From positions 1 through 41,016 of IMG/VR virus record IMGVR_UViG_3300032320_000125: a stretch of 41,016 bases of DNA; one strand, 5' to 3'. The notes beneath the pieces were generated by a model, which was given only the letters and a program-made list of their open reading frames with translations, was not told the DNA's origin and did no database searches. This document shows, piece by piece, positions 16,101-25,661 of this stretch (position 1 is its first letter; each line of letters opens with the position of its first letter). Both the position numbers and the translations under genes were made by a program. The stretch is from a virus. Its lineage: Duplodnaviria; Caudoviricetes.

Positions 16101-16301
16101 TTATTGTTGGCGGTCACATAAGATTTCGTAGATGCGGTCAACTCGTGCCTCTAGTCTGTCAACAGAGTCACGAAGGCTTGAGCCACTGTTTGGGCGGAGT
16201 TCGCTAAGGTAGTGTTTAACTAGCCATCGAATTGAGGCTGCAAGGCTGCCCACTAAAGTTGCAATGGCTACTGCAAATGCAGCCCAATCTGTCGGTGACA
16301 T
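16101..16301 (-). CDS. Small TM + coiled-coil protein
   Basis: N-terminal TM, PNSGSSLRDSVDRLE. Confidence 0.75.
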   Translation of the reverse strand: MSPTDWAAFAVAIATLVGSLAASIRWLVKHYLSELRPNSGSSLRDSVDRLEARVDRIYEILCDRQQ

Positions 16302-16303
16302 GT

Positions 16304-18334
16304 TTAAACAACCGTTCTGGCTATAAGCGTAATGATTCCGCCAAAGCCTGTGTAGTTACGAGCAGCAGGAGTAGAACGAGTAAAGGTAACCTGGTCAATG
16401 ATGACTTCGGTTGGCTCTCCACCTTGGTTAAAGTCTTGAAGAATAACTGTTTGTCCGTTGGCTTCAATAGTTTCTAGTGCGTTTAAACGCTCTCTTGAAT
16501 AGCCTTCGTAACCAATCATGTTGCCAGTCTTATCTGTTTCTCTGTCGTAGCAGAACAGAGGAATCTGTAGCACACGAGCACGAGTAGGTGTAGGCAAAGC
16601 CTTGACAGCAATACCTACTACTACTGGACCAGTGGTTGCATCGGTAGAGTTACGGGTAAGAGTAAGTTTAAACGATGCATCTGGTCCTGCTGTTGTGTAC
16701 ACATCACCTAAATCAATATCGGCAGTAGTGCTATTGCCTTCGTAAAGGGTAGTAATAACAGTGTCTGTTGTTGGACCAATCTTAAAGATTTCAATATCAC
16801 CGTCTGCTAAATCATCAGTAGTGCGGATGCGGATACGCTTCCATGCTTTGTTTTCCATGGTGTCATAACGAATACGGGCAGTGCGGATTTGTCCAGATTC
16901 AACCAACTCGGTTGGATGTTGTAGCCAAATACCTGAACCATTGATTGCAAAAGCAACCTGATTGTTAGCGCCTAAAATACGAACGGCATTTACTGTACCG
17001 AAGATACCGTCTGCATAGGCATCCGTTGCACGAGCATATACACCACTTGAGATAGGTTGAGCATAGCCAATAAGAGTAAGTGGCTGACCAAGGTTGATGC
17101 GTGTAGTACCTGAGTTAGTATTTACTTGGTTGGTATTGCCAGCCCAGATGTAAGAGTCACGCCCTTCAAAATCATAGACACCGTTCTCATTGTGAAATAC
17201 CAATGGTCCGTATGTCAGGTCACCGTTTTGGTCTAAGGTTGCAATGCGAGCGCCCTTATTTGTGCCAAGCATAAGAAAGGTACCAAGGTATGTATACAAA
17301 GATAAAACAGTTTCGCCTCGTGGCATGGTGGCAGCGGTAATAAGAGTGCCTAGGTTGGCAGTATTATCTACTTGTAATTTAAAGATAACAGAGTGGTCGC
17401 CAGCGTAGCCACCAAAATAAATGGCGTTAGTTCCTTCGGTAATGCCTGCCCATTGCCACAATGCAGGCATTAAAGTTGACCCGTTAATAAGGTCGCCTTG
17501 GGAAGCGTTCATCCCTGGTTTAATTTGAACAACAGGCGCACCACCATGGGATGCAAATGTAAGTTCATAGGCTGAGAAAGTTCCATCAGTAAATCCAAAC
17601 GCAGCAATAACACGATTCTTGGCATACTTAAGAACTACATTTGATGCCGTTAAACCATCATAACCATAATGTTTATGGGTGGTTCCATCAGATAGTTGAA
17701 CATCGTAAATGCCAGCAGTTGTAGCAACATACATGTATGTGCCATCAGATGTGGTAGCAAGGATAGTTTCATTAGTAAATGATGAGAAGTTAACCAAAGG
17801 TGTAGATGAGCCAGAACTTGTAATCTTATACATTGCTGTAGTTTGTGAGGTGCGTGGTGCCATGTCGGTTGCTACAAGGAAGGCAACGCCTGCACTGCTT
17901 GCACCCGTATCTATCTTGCACTTGCCAGTAAAAGCCTGAACAAGTGTGCTTCTTTTAATTAGGCTTATCTCACCTGGAGTCCATACATCTATGCCATAAG
18001 AATCACGAAAGCGGAAGCGAACTTCGTTCTCATTACCTTCCATTGGCTCAGCAAATAGAACACCCTCGCCGTAATGCCATGATGATTGAGAGCGTGTCCA
18101 GTAACCAGAGCCACCAAGGGTGTGCTCGCCTGGGTCACGCATCTGGTCTACACGCTGAACACGGAACTCTGCAGTCTGTCTCCTGTAAGGAGTGCTGTCA
18201 GTGACTGCCATAATAAATGGCAAGCCACCAATAGCCATGTCAAAGGCGTTAGCGTTTAAATCATAGTATGTAGAAAGGCGACCAGATAAATCAATTATCG
18301 TGCGCTCGGATATATCGGGTGAACGACTAGCCAC
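16304..18334 (-). CDS. Tail structural protein (beta-propeller/nozzle-like)
   Basis: Beta-rich 676 aa protein in the tail module; role inferred from position. Confidence 0.6.
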   Translation of the reverse strand: MASRSPDISERTIIDLSGRLSTYYDLNANAFDMAIGGLPFIMAVTDSTPYRRQTAEFRVQRVDQMRDPGEHTLGGSGYWTRSQSSWHYGEGVLFAEPMEGNENEVRFRFRDSYGIDVWTPGEISLIKRSTLVQAFTGKCKIDTGASSAGVAFLVATDMAPRTSQTTAMYKITSSGSSTPLVNFSSFTNETILATTSDGTYMYVATTAGIYDVQLSDGTTHKHYGYDGLTASNVVLKYAKNRVIAAFGFTDGTFSAYELTFASHGGAPVVQIKPGMNASQGDLINGSTLMPALWQWAGITEGTNAIYFGGYAGDHSVIFKLQVDNTANLGTLITAATMPRGETVLSLYTYLGTFLMLGTNKGARIATLDQNGDLTYGPLVFHNENGVYDFEGRDSYIWAGNTNQVNTNSGTTRINLGQPLTLIGYAQPISSGVYARATDAYADGIFGTVNAVRILGANNQVAFAINGSGIWLQHPTELVESGQIRTARIRYDTMENKAWKRIRIRTTDDLADGDIEIFKIGPTTDTVITTLYEGNSTTADIDLGDVYTTAGPDASFKLTLTRNSTDATTGPVVVGIAVKALPTPTRARVLQIPLFCYDRETDKTGNMIGYEGYSRERLNALETIEANGQTVILQDFNQGGEPTEVIIDQVTFTRSTPAARNYTGFGGIITLIARTVV

Positions 18335-18363
18335 TGTATCTCCTTAATTTAGAAATAAAAATA

Positions 18364-18391
18364 TGAGCAGTTTAAACACATGCTCAGGTGT
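18364..18391 (-). ncRNA. H-type pseudoknot, copy 1
   Basis: ACAC-C-UGAGCA-U-GUGU-UUAAAC-UGCUCA. Confidence 0.65.
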
Positions 18392-18400
18392 AATGCTTAT

Positions 18401-18772
18401 TTAAGCATTTAGAATTGGTACTACAACCCACTCTTTATTTGTTTCAGACCAAATCAATGATTCACTTTCAGTGATACTTGGTCTAGCAACTGGGGCTTCC
18501 CATTGAAAAGTTGTATAGTTTAATTGCCAAGATGGGTATGGTTGTGGAAAAACAAATGCATCATATTTTAGAAGATATTGTCCACCTTCTTGTGCATAAT
18601 TTTTTCTAAATCCATTTACCCTAGCGTTGTAAGATGTACGCTTACAAGTTTGACCTTTAAAATTACCGTACCAAGTTTCAGGGTCTAAACCTTCAATGGT
18701 TTCGGTTTCGTCTATTCCAACAAATACATCAGTTACAATGTTGTTAGAATCTAAAAATGCGTAGTGTGCCAT
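18401..18772 (-). CDS. Tail-fibre-associated protein
   Basis: MAHYA, KRTSYN, RKNYA, DAF..PQP.PSW; follows the Gly-rich fibre. Confidence 0.7.
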   Translation of the reverse strand: MAHYAFLDSNNIVTDVFVGIDETETIEGLDPETWYGNFKGQTCKRTSYNARVNGFRKNYAQEGGQYLLKYDAFVFPQPYPSWQLNYTTFQWEAPVARPSITESESLIWSETNKEWVVVPILNA

Positions 18773-20307
18773 TATGAGAAAGTCACCGTTCCTGTTCCTG
18801 CGGTAATTTTTGAATATTTGTCTGAACCGCTTGTATAAGTAGTTTGAGTTAAACCGCTGAAAGTAGCAGTAACACTGCTTGGGTATTTAAGAATTACAAT
18901 ACCGCTTCCGCCGTTACCGCCAGTTCCTGGTCCGCCAGTTCCACCAGCAGCACCACCGCCACCACCAGTGTTTGCTGTTCCTGCACCGCCAGCACCGTTA
19001 CGAGACCTTCCGATACCACCGCCACCTAAACCGCCAGCAGTTGATGATGCAGCACTATATCCAGCACCAGTTCCTCCACCTGCAAAATATCCACTATCTC
19101 CAGATGAAGTTATTGTTGCCCATGCTGAGCAAGAGTTTGAACCAGTACCACCAGTTCCGTTAATGTTTTGGCTTAAAGCATCTTGACCTTGGGCAGTAGC
19201 GCCTCCGCCTCCGCCTCCTCCATCGCCAGCGCCGTTTCCGCCTCTAAAACCTTCTACTGGAGAATATCCACCTTGGTTACCAGCAGCACCAGTTTGATTA
19301 CATGCGCCTCCACCAGAACCACCAATGCCAGGGGCTACCGCTTCGTAAGCACCACCGCCACCGCCTGTTGAGTAAATTGTATCAAACCTAGAATCTCCAC
19401 CTTTACCAGCAATAGATGAACCAGTAGTGCTACCTGCACCACCACTACCTACAACTATGTTGTACGCTGGTCCAATTAAAGCGGTAATAGGGCTGCCAAT
19501 ATTTGTTCTATATCCACCAGCACCGCCAGCACCTGCACCATTATTTGATGGATTGCAGTTTCCACCGCCACCGCCTGCTACAACCAAATATTCAACAGAA
19601 GTAGTTGCAACTGGAGTAGCGGAGTTAGATGCACCTGATGCAGCACTTACACCATTTGCATTAACTGCTTTTAATCTTACTGTGTAAGAAGTTCCATTAG
19701 TTAATCCAGGGATTATTACTGGTGATGTTGTATCGGCAGGAGATAGTGCAGTATAAGTAGTTCCATCAGTTGACCATTGGTAGTTAGTGATTGCAGTACC
19801 GCCACTCGCACCTTCGGTAAATGTCAATGAAATTGATGCTGATTGTGGCGTGGCAGTTCCAATAGTTGGTGCTTGTGGAACGGAAGTTAAACTTTGAGTA
19901 ACATTTTGAGCAGCAGGACTTGTGCCAAAACCATTATATGCAGTTCCACTAAAAGAATAACTACCTGCGTTAGCAGTTAAAGTCAAAACAATAGGACTGC
20001 TTGTTGCAGTTACGCTTGTGGTTCCTTGAGTAGCAGTAAATCCAGCAGCCTTTCCACCTGATGCACCTTCGGTAAATGCAACAGATGCCTTAACTGTTCC
20101 ATAAGCCATACCGCTTCCAACATCAGTAACTGTAATAGTTGGTTGAGCAGCAGGTGCTGAACAAGGAATCCATTGTGTGCCTTCCCAAATTAAAAGAAAG
20201 CCAAGAGTTCCATCGTAGTATGTATCACCAATAACTGGACTGCTAGGGCGAGCAGCAGTATTACCTGATGGGATTCCGCCTTTGGCGGGAAATTGACTAA
20301 ATGCCAT
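18772..20307 (-). CDS. Gly-rich tail fibre with FN3 domain
   Basis: GLTNGTSYTVRLKAVN FN3; VEYLVVAGGGGG...GGSGIVILKY. Confidence 0.8.
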   Translation of the reverse strand: MAFSQFPAKGGIPSGNTAARPSSPVIGDTYYDGTLGFLLIWEGTQWIPCSAPAAQPTITVTDVGSGMAYGTVKASVAFTEGASGGKAAGFTATQGTTSVTATSSPIVLTLTANAGSYSFSGTAYNGFGTSPAAQNVTQSLTSVPQAPTIGTATPQSASISLTFTEGASGGTAITNYQWSTDGTTYTALSPADTTSPVIIPGLTNGTSYTVRLKAVNANGVSAASGASNSATPVATTSVEYLVVAGGGGGNCNPSNNGAGAGGAGGYRTNIGSPITALIGPAYNIVVGSGGAGSTTGSSIAGKGGDSRFDTIYSTGGGGGAYEAVAPGIGGSGGGACNQTGAAGNQGGYSPVEGFRGGNGAGDGGGGGGGATAQGQDALSQNINGTGGTGSNSCSAWATITSSGDSGYFAGGGTGAGYSAASSTAGGLGGGGIGRSRNGAGGAGTANTGGGGGAAGGTGGPGTGGNGGSGIVILKYPSSVTATFSGLTQTTYTSGSDKYSKITAGTGTVTFS

Positions 20308-20621
20308 TATGAAATCTCCACTCCACTGATGTGAATTGACACAGCAGTTGTAGATGCAAAGCCAGTAATTACCTTAGGTGTTGCGTTGGCAGGAATAACC
20401 TGCTTCATATCAAAGCCAACTACAGAGTTAGCAGGGATAGATACGGCAGGAACAACTGCAATACCATCAATAGCAATGGTTGCTGTTGAGGCAGAGGTTG
20501 CTGCGTTAGCCAACACAATGTTTGAAACCACTGTAATGGTGGTTGTGCTTGGCACTGTGTATAGAGTGGTGCTAGTTGTTGGCGCTGCTCTACGAGCAAG
20601 CGCCTGTGTTAATGTAGCCAT
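20307..20621 (-). CDS. Small virion protein
   Basis: TLYTVP...HISGVEI; tail module. Confidence 0.7.
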   Translation of the reverse strand: MATLTQALARRAAPTTSTTLYTVPSTTTITVVSNIVLANAATSASTATIAIDGIAVVPAVSIPANSVVGFDMKQVIPANATPKVITGFASTTAVSIHISGVEIS

Positions 20622-20636
20622 TAGTTACTACCTTTC

Positions 20637-22298
20637 CTAGAGTGCTTCCATAAGAAGCAGGGTTAGTTCATCTTTAATACTTCCTGGACCATTAAGAACA
20701 ATATCAACCATGCCGTTAATAGTTGTTACTGTTGTTCCAGATGCAATAAGTGTGCTACCAAGGGTAGGTGCAGAGTATGAACTGGTTGTATTGATTGCAG
20801 TCCATGCGCTACCTGACCATACTGACATAATGCCAGTTACAGAGTTAAAGTACATAGCACCAATAATCAATGCGTTGCCATCATTGTCCACTGTTGGTGG
20901 CGTTGACTTTGCACCTAGATAACGGTCATCAAAGTTGTCATAAAGCGTTGCAGCATCTGTTGCACTTGTGGCTGCACTTGCTGCCGATGTGGCTGCTGCT
21001 GTCTGGCTTGTTAGAGCAGATGATGCAGAAGTAGCAGCGCTAGTAGCAGAAGTTGCTGCAGCGGTTTGAGAAGTTAATGCTGATGATGCTGATGTTGCAG
21101 CACTGGTTGCACTTGTAGCAGCAGCAGTTGCGCTTGTGCTTGCAGAAGTAGCAGATGTTGCAGCAGCACTTGCGCTTGCTGCAGCAGCAGAAGTTGAAGC
21201 AGCAGCAGAAGCAGCGCTAGTTGCAGCACTTGATGCAGATGTTGCAGCAGCAGATGCTGAGTTAGATGCTGTAGTTGCAAAGGCTGAAATTGCTGCAACA
21301 GAAGCAGCAGCAGTTGTAGCACTTGATGCAGCAGCGGTAGCAGAGTTAGATGCACTTGTAGCAGAAGTAGATGCAGCATTTGCGCTATTTAAAGCAGATG
21401 ATGCCGATGTAGATGCGCTTGCAGCAGAGGTAGATGCAGCATTTTGTGATGTAAGAGCAGATGCTGCACTTGTAGTTGCAGAGTTTGCTGATGACAAAGC
21501 AGATGCTGCGCTTGTTGAAGCGCTATTGGCTGATGTTGCTGCAGCATTAGCACTATTAGCAGCGCTTGCAGCAGAGGTAGAAGCAGCCTGAGATGAGCCA
21601 AGGATTGAGTCAACATAAGCCTTACGGGTTGCATCATTATCTGATGCTGGGGCACCAAGCCCAGTAATAAGGAATCCACCTGCAGCAAGGTTTGAGCCAA
21701 GGGTTCCAGATGTAATAGTAGAACTTGTTACTGTTGAACTTGTAATTGTTGCAGCAGTTACAGTACCGCCAGTAATTGTAGCAGTAGATGTAAAGGCACC
21801 GCTAATGGTAGCACCATTGATTGTTGGTGTTGTAAGAGTTTTGCGAGTAAGAGTTACTGATTGTGTGGAACCAACTACTGAACCATCGCCAGTTTGAAGT
21901 CCGTGCACATGTGTCTGTCCAGCGTTGGAAAGAATACCTGAATCAACATCATAGCCACGGGCTGCAATATGAGTTTGTTCTTCTTTGAAGTCACGACCAG
22001 ATACACCATGGCGTACAGATGTACCAGCAGTATGAGACACCGCTTGTGTAGAGTCTTGACCACGAACAATTTGAAGTGTTGTTCCAACTACAGATATACA
22101 GGTAACAACTTCTTCCTTGTTGGTATCTGGTGCAAGAATCAGTGTAAATGGAGCAGCAGGGTAACCGCTAACAGATACAACAGAAACGCTCGTAGTTGTA
22201 TCGCCAGTTGCTGCTGATGAAATAGAGTTAACGAGTGTTGTTTCAATCGCTGTGGCGGAAAAGTTCCGCTTGAGTACGCCTGGGTCGCCTGCTGCCAT
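20637..22298 (-). CDS. Tail fibre with Ala/Ser/Thr repeats
   Basis: SA-rich periodic stretch, DATRKAYVD, FDDRYLG...DNDGN. Confidence 0.8.
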   Translation of the reverse strand: MAAGDPGVLKRNFSATAIETTLVNSISSAATGDTTTSVSVVSVSGYPAAPFTLILAPDTNKEEVVTCISVVGTTLQIVRGQDSTQAVSHTAGTSVRHGVSGRDFKEEQTHIAARGYDVDSGILSNAGQTHVHGLQTGDGSVVGSTQSVTLTRKTLTTPTINGATISGAFTSTATITGGTVTAATITSSTVTSSTITSGTLGSNLAAGGFLITGLGAPASDNDATRKAYVDSILGSSQAASTSAASAANSANAAATSANSASTSAASALSSANSATTSAASALTSQNAASTSAASASTSASSALNSANAASTSATSASNSATAAASSATTAAASVAAISAFATTASNSASAAATSASSAATSAASAAASTSAAAASASAAATSATSASTSATAAATSATSAATSASSALTSQTAAATSATSAATSASSALTSQTAAATSAASAATSATDAATLYDNFDDRYLGAKSTPPTVDNDGNALIIGAMYFNSVTGIMSVWSGSAWTAINTTSSYSAPTLGSTLIASGTTVTTINGMVDIVLNGPGSIKDELTLLLMEAL

Positions 22299-22310
22299 GG
22301 TGGGGTTACC

Positions 22311-23234
22311 TTATCTCTGATAGTGTGAACGAATAGGGAACTGACGGCGTTGGTTCTCCGCCACTTCCTTGAGACGAGTGTTGTAAACATTGAACAAGAA
22401 GCGTGCTGCGTTTTCACCACTTCGTGCTCCACGCTGGTTATCAAGCACATCTGCTTCTGCAGATAGCGCACCAAGGCGTGATGGGTCTAGGAAAGAAATC
22501 ATACGAAAGGCTGCGCCATAGATAACTACATCTTCTGAGTAGTCAGGCATGCCAGTTACCGTTGAGTATTCTTGTGTAACTGATGGTAATTGTGTAATGT
22601 CAAAAAGTGTTGGGCGCTTTGAGTAAGCCACATTTACAATACGCCCTGGAACTACCGCTGAGTAAATACCAAGGGTATGTCCAAAGGCACCGTTAGTGCC
22701 GTACTGTGCTGGATTTGCTGTTCTATCTAACTGCCATGCACGCACTGGTAGCCACTCTTGAGATGGACCAATGACATGGTGGGTTACAGACAAAATATTC
22801 TGAATTACATCTGGAACATCATAAGTTGTACGAGCAGCAATAAATGGGAACTGGTATTGACCAATGGCAAATATGTCTGGGTACATTGCATTGAGTGTGT
22901 CATTGATAGCACGCTTGATTTCATAGCGTGGAAACAGTGGGGCTACCATTACCTTAGATGAGTTGTCATGCGTTGCAGCAATTGTGCCACGCTGCCCACG
23001 ACCCCAAGGTGCAAGGGTAAGGGTATTGTCAATGTTATTTGTAGAGTTAACATACATAATCTCATCGCCAATTTGAACAAAGCCACGGCTTACCACATTG
23101 GCATCATTAACAGAGATGGTGGTCTGAGTGGTAGTTGTTACCGCACCAGTCAACCATGTGGTTGATTCCATGTTTAAACTGTAGCCGTGAAGAAGTGTAT
23201 CTACACGGTCAGTAAGTTGTTCAAGTGTGCTCAC
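22311..23234 (-). CDS. Head-tail adaptor / tail tubular-like protein
   Basis: Position at the start of the tail module; helical ends around a beta core. Confidence 0.55.
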   Translation of the reverse strand: MSTLEQLTDRVDTLLHGYSLNMESTTWLTGAVTTTTQTTISVNDANVVSRGFVQIGDEIMYVNSTNNIDNTLTLAPWGRGQRGTIAATHDNSSKVMVAPLFPRYEIKRAINDTLNAMYPDIFAIGQYQFPFIAARTTYDVPDVIQNILSVTHHVIGPSQEWLPVRAWQLDRTANPAQYGTNGAFGHTLGIYSAVVPGRIVNVAYSKRPTLFDITQLPSVTQEYSTVTGMPDYSEDVVIYGAAFRMISFLDPSRLGALSAEADVLDNQRGARSGENAARFLFNVYNTRLKEVAENQRRQFPIRSHYQR

Positions 23235-23506
23235 AGGTCAATGCTCCTTAATGCCGATACTGCCGATTTGCCTGATGTGCCAGCAAGTTCATTGCATACT
23301 GCGTTTAAACCTTTAAAGTTATTTGGTTGGCGAGATGAACTAGCCTTGTAGTTCAGCGCTGCTAATAAATCTTTACCAGTTGTTCCAGCCCATCTATTGG
23401 CTGCTCCTGGCGCATCTAAGAAAACTGTGCGGTTTGGATAAGTGCCTTCATTGGCAAGTCTGTTTAACTCTGCAACGAGTGTGGAGCCTGCATAACCTGT
23501 AGCCAT
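23231..23506 (-). CDS. Hypothetical protein
   Basis: Coupled starts and stops. Confidence 0.75.
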   Translation of the reverse strand: MATGYAGSTLVAELNRLANEGTYPNRTVFLDAPGAANRWAGTTGKDLLAALNYKASSSRQPNNFKGLNAVCNELAGTSGKSAVSALRSIDL

Positions 23507-23667
23507 TAGTTAGCCTTCTTTCGTGCTGCTCTCATGTTGTCAACGAGATTAGGATATTTTCTGCCAGCCTTTTTAGCAGCAGCCTTGGCTGATGCTTTAG
23601 CAGCAGGTGATAGTGGTGTAGATTTTTTCTTAGGGTTTGGTTTATCCCATACCTTTTTTTCAGCCAT
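23506..23667 (-). CDS. 53-aa Lys/Ala-rich protein (not in ORF track)
   Basis: MAEKKVWDKPNPKKKSTPLSPAAKASAKAAAKKAGRKYPNLVDNMRAARKKAN; TAATG overlaps. Confidence 0.8.
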   Translation of the reverse strand: MAEKKVWDKPNPKKKSTPLSPAAKASAKAAAKKAGRKYPNLVDNMRAARKKAN

Positions 23668-23924
23668 TACCATTTCACCTTATCTGCCCAGTACGCTGCG
23701 CTCATCTTGCCTTTAGCAATGTTGCTTGCATGACGAGCCTTAAATGATTTTTGTCTTGCTGTAGGAGTTTTGTCCCCACTAACACCCTGTTGACCAAAGC
23801 GAATAGTTTTGACCTTATCGCCTTCTTTAGCCACAACTACATGTGACTTTGTTGGATGACTTGGTGTGCGCTTAGGCTTGTTAAAGCCTGACACTCCTGC
23901 TCGCTTTAGTCTTGGGTCTGACAT
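23667..23924 (-). CDS. Small basic protein
   Basis: IRFGQQG...KSFKARH...SAAYWA..KW. Confidence 0.8.
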   Translation of the reverse strand: MSDPRLKRAGVSGFNKPKRTPSHPTKSHVVVAKEGDKVKTIRFGQQGVSGDKTPTARQKSFKARHASNIAKGKMSAAYWADKVKW

Positions 23925-24086
23925 TTATTTTCCTTTAACCTTCTTAAGATTTGGATTCTTTTTCTTTGCTGCTGCACTTGCATTGCGTGCACCTGCAGCC
24001 AGAATTGCACCCGCATTTTTCATCGGGATACCTTGCTTCTTGGCTATTGATTTCTGGGCTGCTTGGAACCCCATGCCTTTCGGCAT
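23925..24086 (-). CDS. 53-aa Lys/Ala-rich protein (not in ORF track)
   Basis: MPKGMGFQAAQKSIAKKQGIPMKNAGAILAAGARNASAAAKKKNPNLKKVKGK. Confidence 0.8.
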   Translation of the reverse strand: MPKGMGFQAAQKSIAKKQGIPMKNAGAILAAGARNASAAAKKKNPNLKKVKGK

Positions 24087-24208
24087 TACTTTTCACCAAG
24101 AGTAGTTGGATTATTGACCGCAGGGGCAGGGATGCCGTACGGGTTAATAGTTCCAAAGTTGTCATCTGCGTTGACGGTTTTAGTCCCACATCCACATGAT
24201 GTACACAT
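24086..24208 (-). CDS. 40-aa MCxxCGC peptide (not in ORF track)
   Basis: MCTSCGCGTKTVNADDNFGTINPYGIPAPAVNNPTTLGEK; tiles the operon exactly. Confidence 0.7.
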   Translation of the reverse strand: MCTSCGCGTKTVNADDNFGTINPYGIPAPAVNNPTTLGEK

Positions 24209-24210
24209 AA

Positions 24211-24912
24211 TTACTTAGCCTTCTTCTTCATCATTGCAATGCCCTTTTTCATTTCCTTAGCCTTTTCAGACTTTGGTTCAGCCTTCTCAGCCATTGCGTA
24301 AGCCTTCTTCTTCATTGCTGGCGATAGCGCCTTCTTCTTCATTGCTGGCATGTTGTTCCCCTTTTGAGTGATTACTTTGACATCCCCACCAACACCTATG
24401 CAGTAGTCAGCGGAAATCTTGATTGCCCTACGAGCAGCAAACTCTGCTGCCTTCATTGAGTTCTTACTAAAGCCAGTGGCTAGTGCACCTAATGCTAACT
24501 GCCCACCACTGCCTACTGCGTAGAGTCCACGGTCATCTCGTGACCACATGTACTCCTCGTCAATTTCATAGATAACACCGTTTAAACACATAAGCGCATC
24601 AAAGCCAGCGTTTGGGTCTTTGATTGCATCAGGCTCATAGCCATGTTCTTTCATTGAATCTCGTAGAGATGGAAGCACTTTGACCTGCATAAAAGCATCA
24701 AGCGGCATAGTTTTAATAATCTTTGGTGGAGTCCATAGAAACTCTGCTATGTTGCCAGCAACGGCATCTCCTGCAAAAGCAAACACATAATCACCTTTGC
24801 GTACTGCCTTGTCCATACCCTTGGCATAGTAAGGCTTGTCATCATAGGTAGTCATGGAATCTGCTGCGATTACTGCCCAGCCTTTTCCCTGAATACCTAC
24901 GATGGCAGTCAT
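24211..24912 (-). CDS. HslV/proteasome-beta-like Ntn protease with basic C-terminal extension
   Basis: M-T N-terminus, AADS, K, FAG, AVGSGG, GG.V. Confidence 0.8.
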   Translation of the reverse strand: MTAIVGIQGKGWAVIAADSMTTYDDKPYYAKGMDKAVRKGDYVFAFAGDAVAGNIAEFLWTPPKIIKTMPLDAFMQVKVLPSLRDSMKEHGYEPDAIKDPNAGFDALMCLNGVIYEIDEEYMWSRDDRGLYAVGSGGQLALGALATGFSKNSMKAAEFAARRAIKISADYCIGVGGDVKVITQKGNNMPAMKKKALSPAMKKKAYAMAEKAEPKSEKAKEMKKGIAMMKKKAK

Positions 24913-24914
24913 GT

Positions 24915-25352
24915 TTACCCCTTAAAACTATTAGTGTTTGCATCGTAGGCTTTGCCTACTTTGTTTGAATCATCTATTGCTTTTTGCACCTGCCTGGTAG
25001 AGGTTCCTGCTGGCTGGATTCCTTGCTTACGGGCATCTCTATAAAGATTTAATTCTTTATCCCATTTCTTTTGGGACATATTTTTGTTGCTTGCAGCATC
25101 TCCTGTAGATAGTTGGAGTGTGCGTGCCTTGCAACCAAAGCAATGGCAAAACTCTGAATCAATGTGGTCTGGGTTAGAGGTAACTACACCCATGTCTGAC
25201 CATGGTTCTGGTGAGGTGGCATCGCACTCTGTGCAGCCAAACAACTCAACCTTAAAAATCATTTTTCCGTCTATTAAATCGTATCCGTCTTTTACTACTT
25301 TACTCTTGTGCCCTTGAACTGAGCAATCATACTTCTGTAATGTATTCTCCAT
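24915..25352 (-). CDS. Hypothetical Cys-rich protein
   Basis: CxxC and CHCFGC; KWDKEL..Y..AR.QGIQP.GT. Confidence 0.7.
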   Translation of the reverse strand: MENTLQKYDCSVQGHKSKVVKDGYDLIDGKMIFKVELFGCTECDATSPEPWSDMGVVTSNPDHIDSEFCHCFGCKARTLQLSTGDAASNKNMSQKKWDKELNLYRDARKQGIQPAGTSTRQVQKAIDDSNKVGKAYDANTNSFKG

Positions 25353-25599
25353 AGTTGCCCCCGATGCTTGGGTCTGTCAAGCGATTCTTAGTTGCTTCGT
25401 CAATAATATATCTGTGTCCACCTAAGTAGACTTCTGTTGCTGTAGCAATTTCAGTTTGTGCGGGGTAGCGATAAGAGGAATACATACCATTTATCATCAT
25501 TACTGTTACGCCACGAGCAATAGAATAACGCTCAAGGAGACGGTGCCAACCCATAGGTGTTTCTTCAACACTGGGTGTTACAAATAAATACTCTGCCAC
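25327..25599 (-). CDS. Hypothetical virion-associated protein
   Basis: GTG 25599 with AAGGAG RBS; follows the capsid gene. Confidence 0.7.
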   Translation of the reverse strand: MAEYLFVTPSVEETPMGWHRLLERYSIARGVTVMMINGMYSSYRYPAQTEIATATEVYLGGHRYIIDEATKNRLTDPSIGGNYGEYITEV

Positions 25600-25661
25600 T
25601 GTCTCTCCTTTATTGGTGTAGCGAGAGGGCGAGCGAACCCGCCCCCTCAACTACAATTACT

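Noticed and set aside
21074-21700. Alternative-frame ORFs in the Ala-rich fibre
   Set aside because: Low-complexity shadows of the SA repeats.
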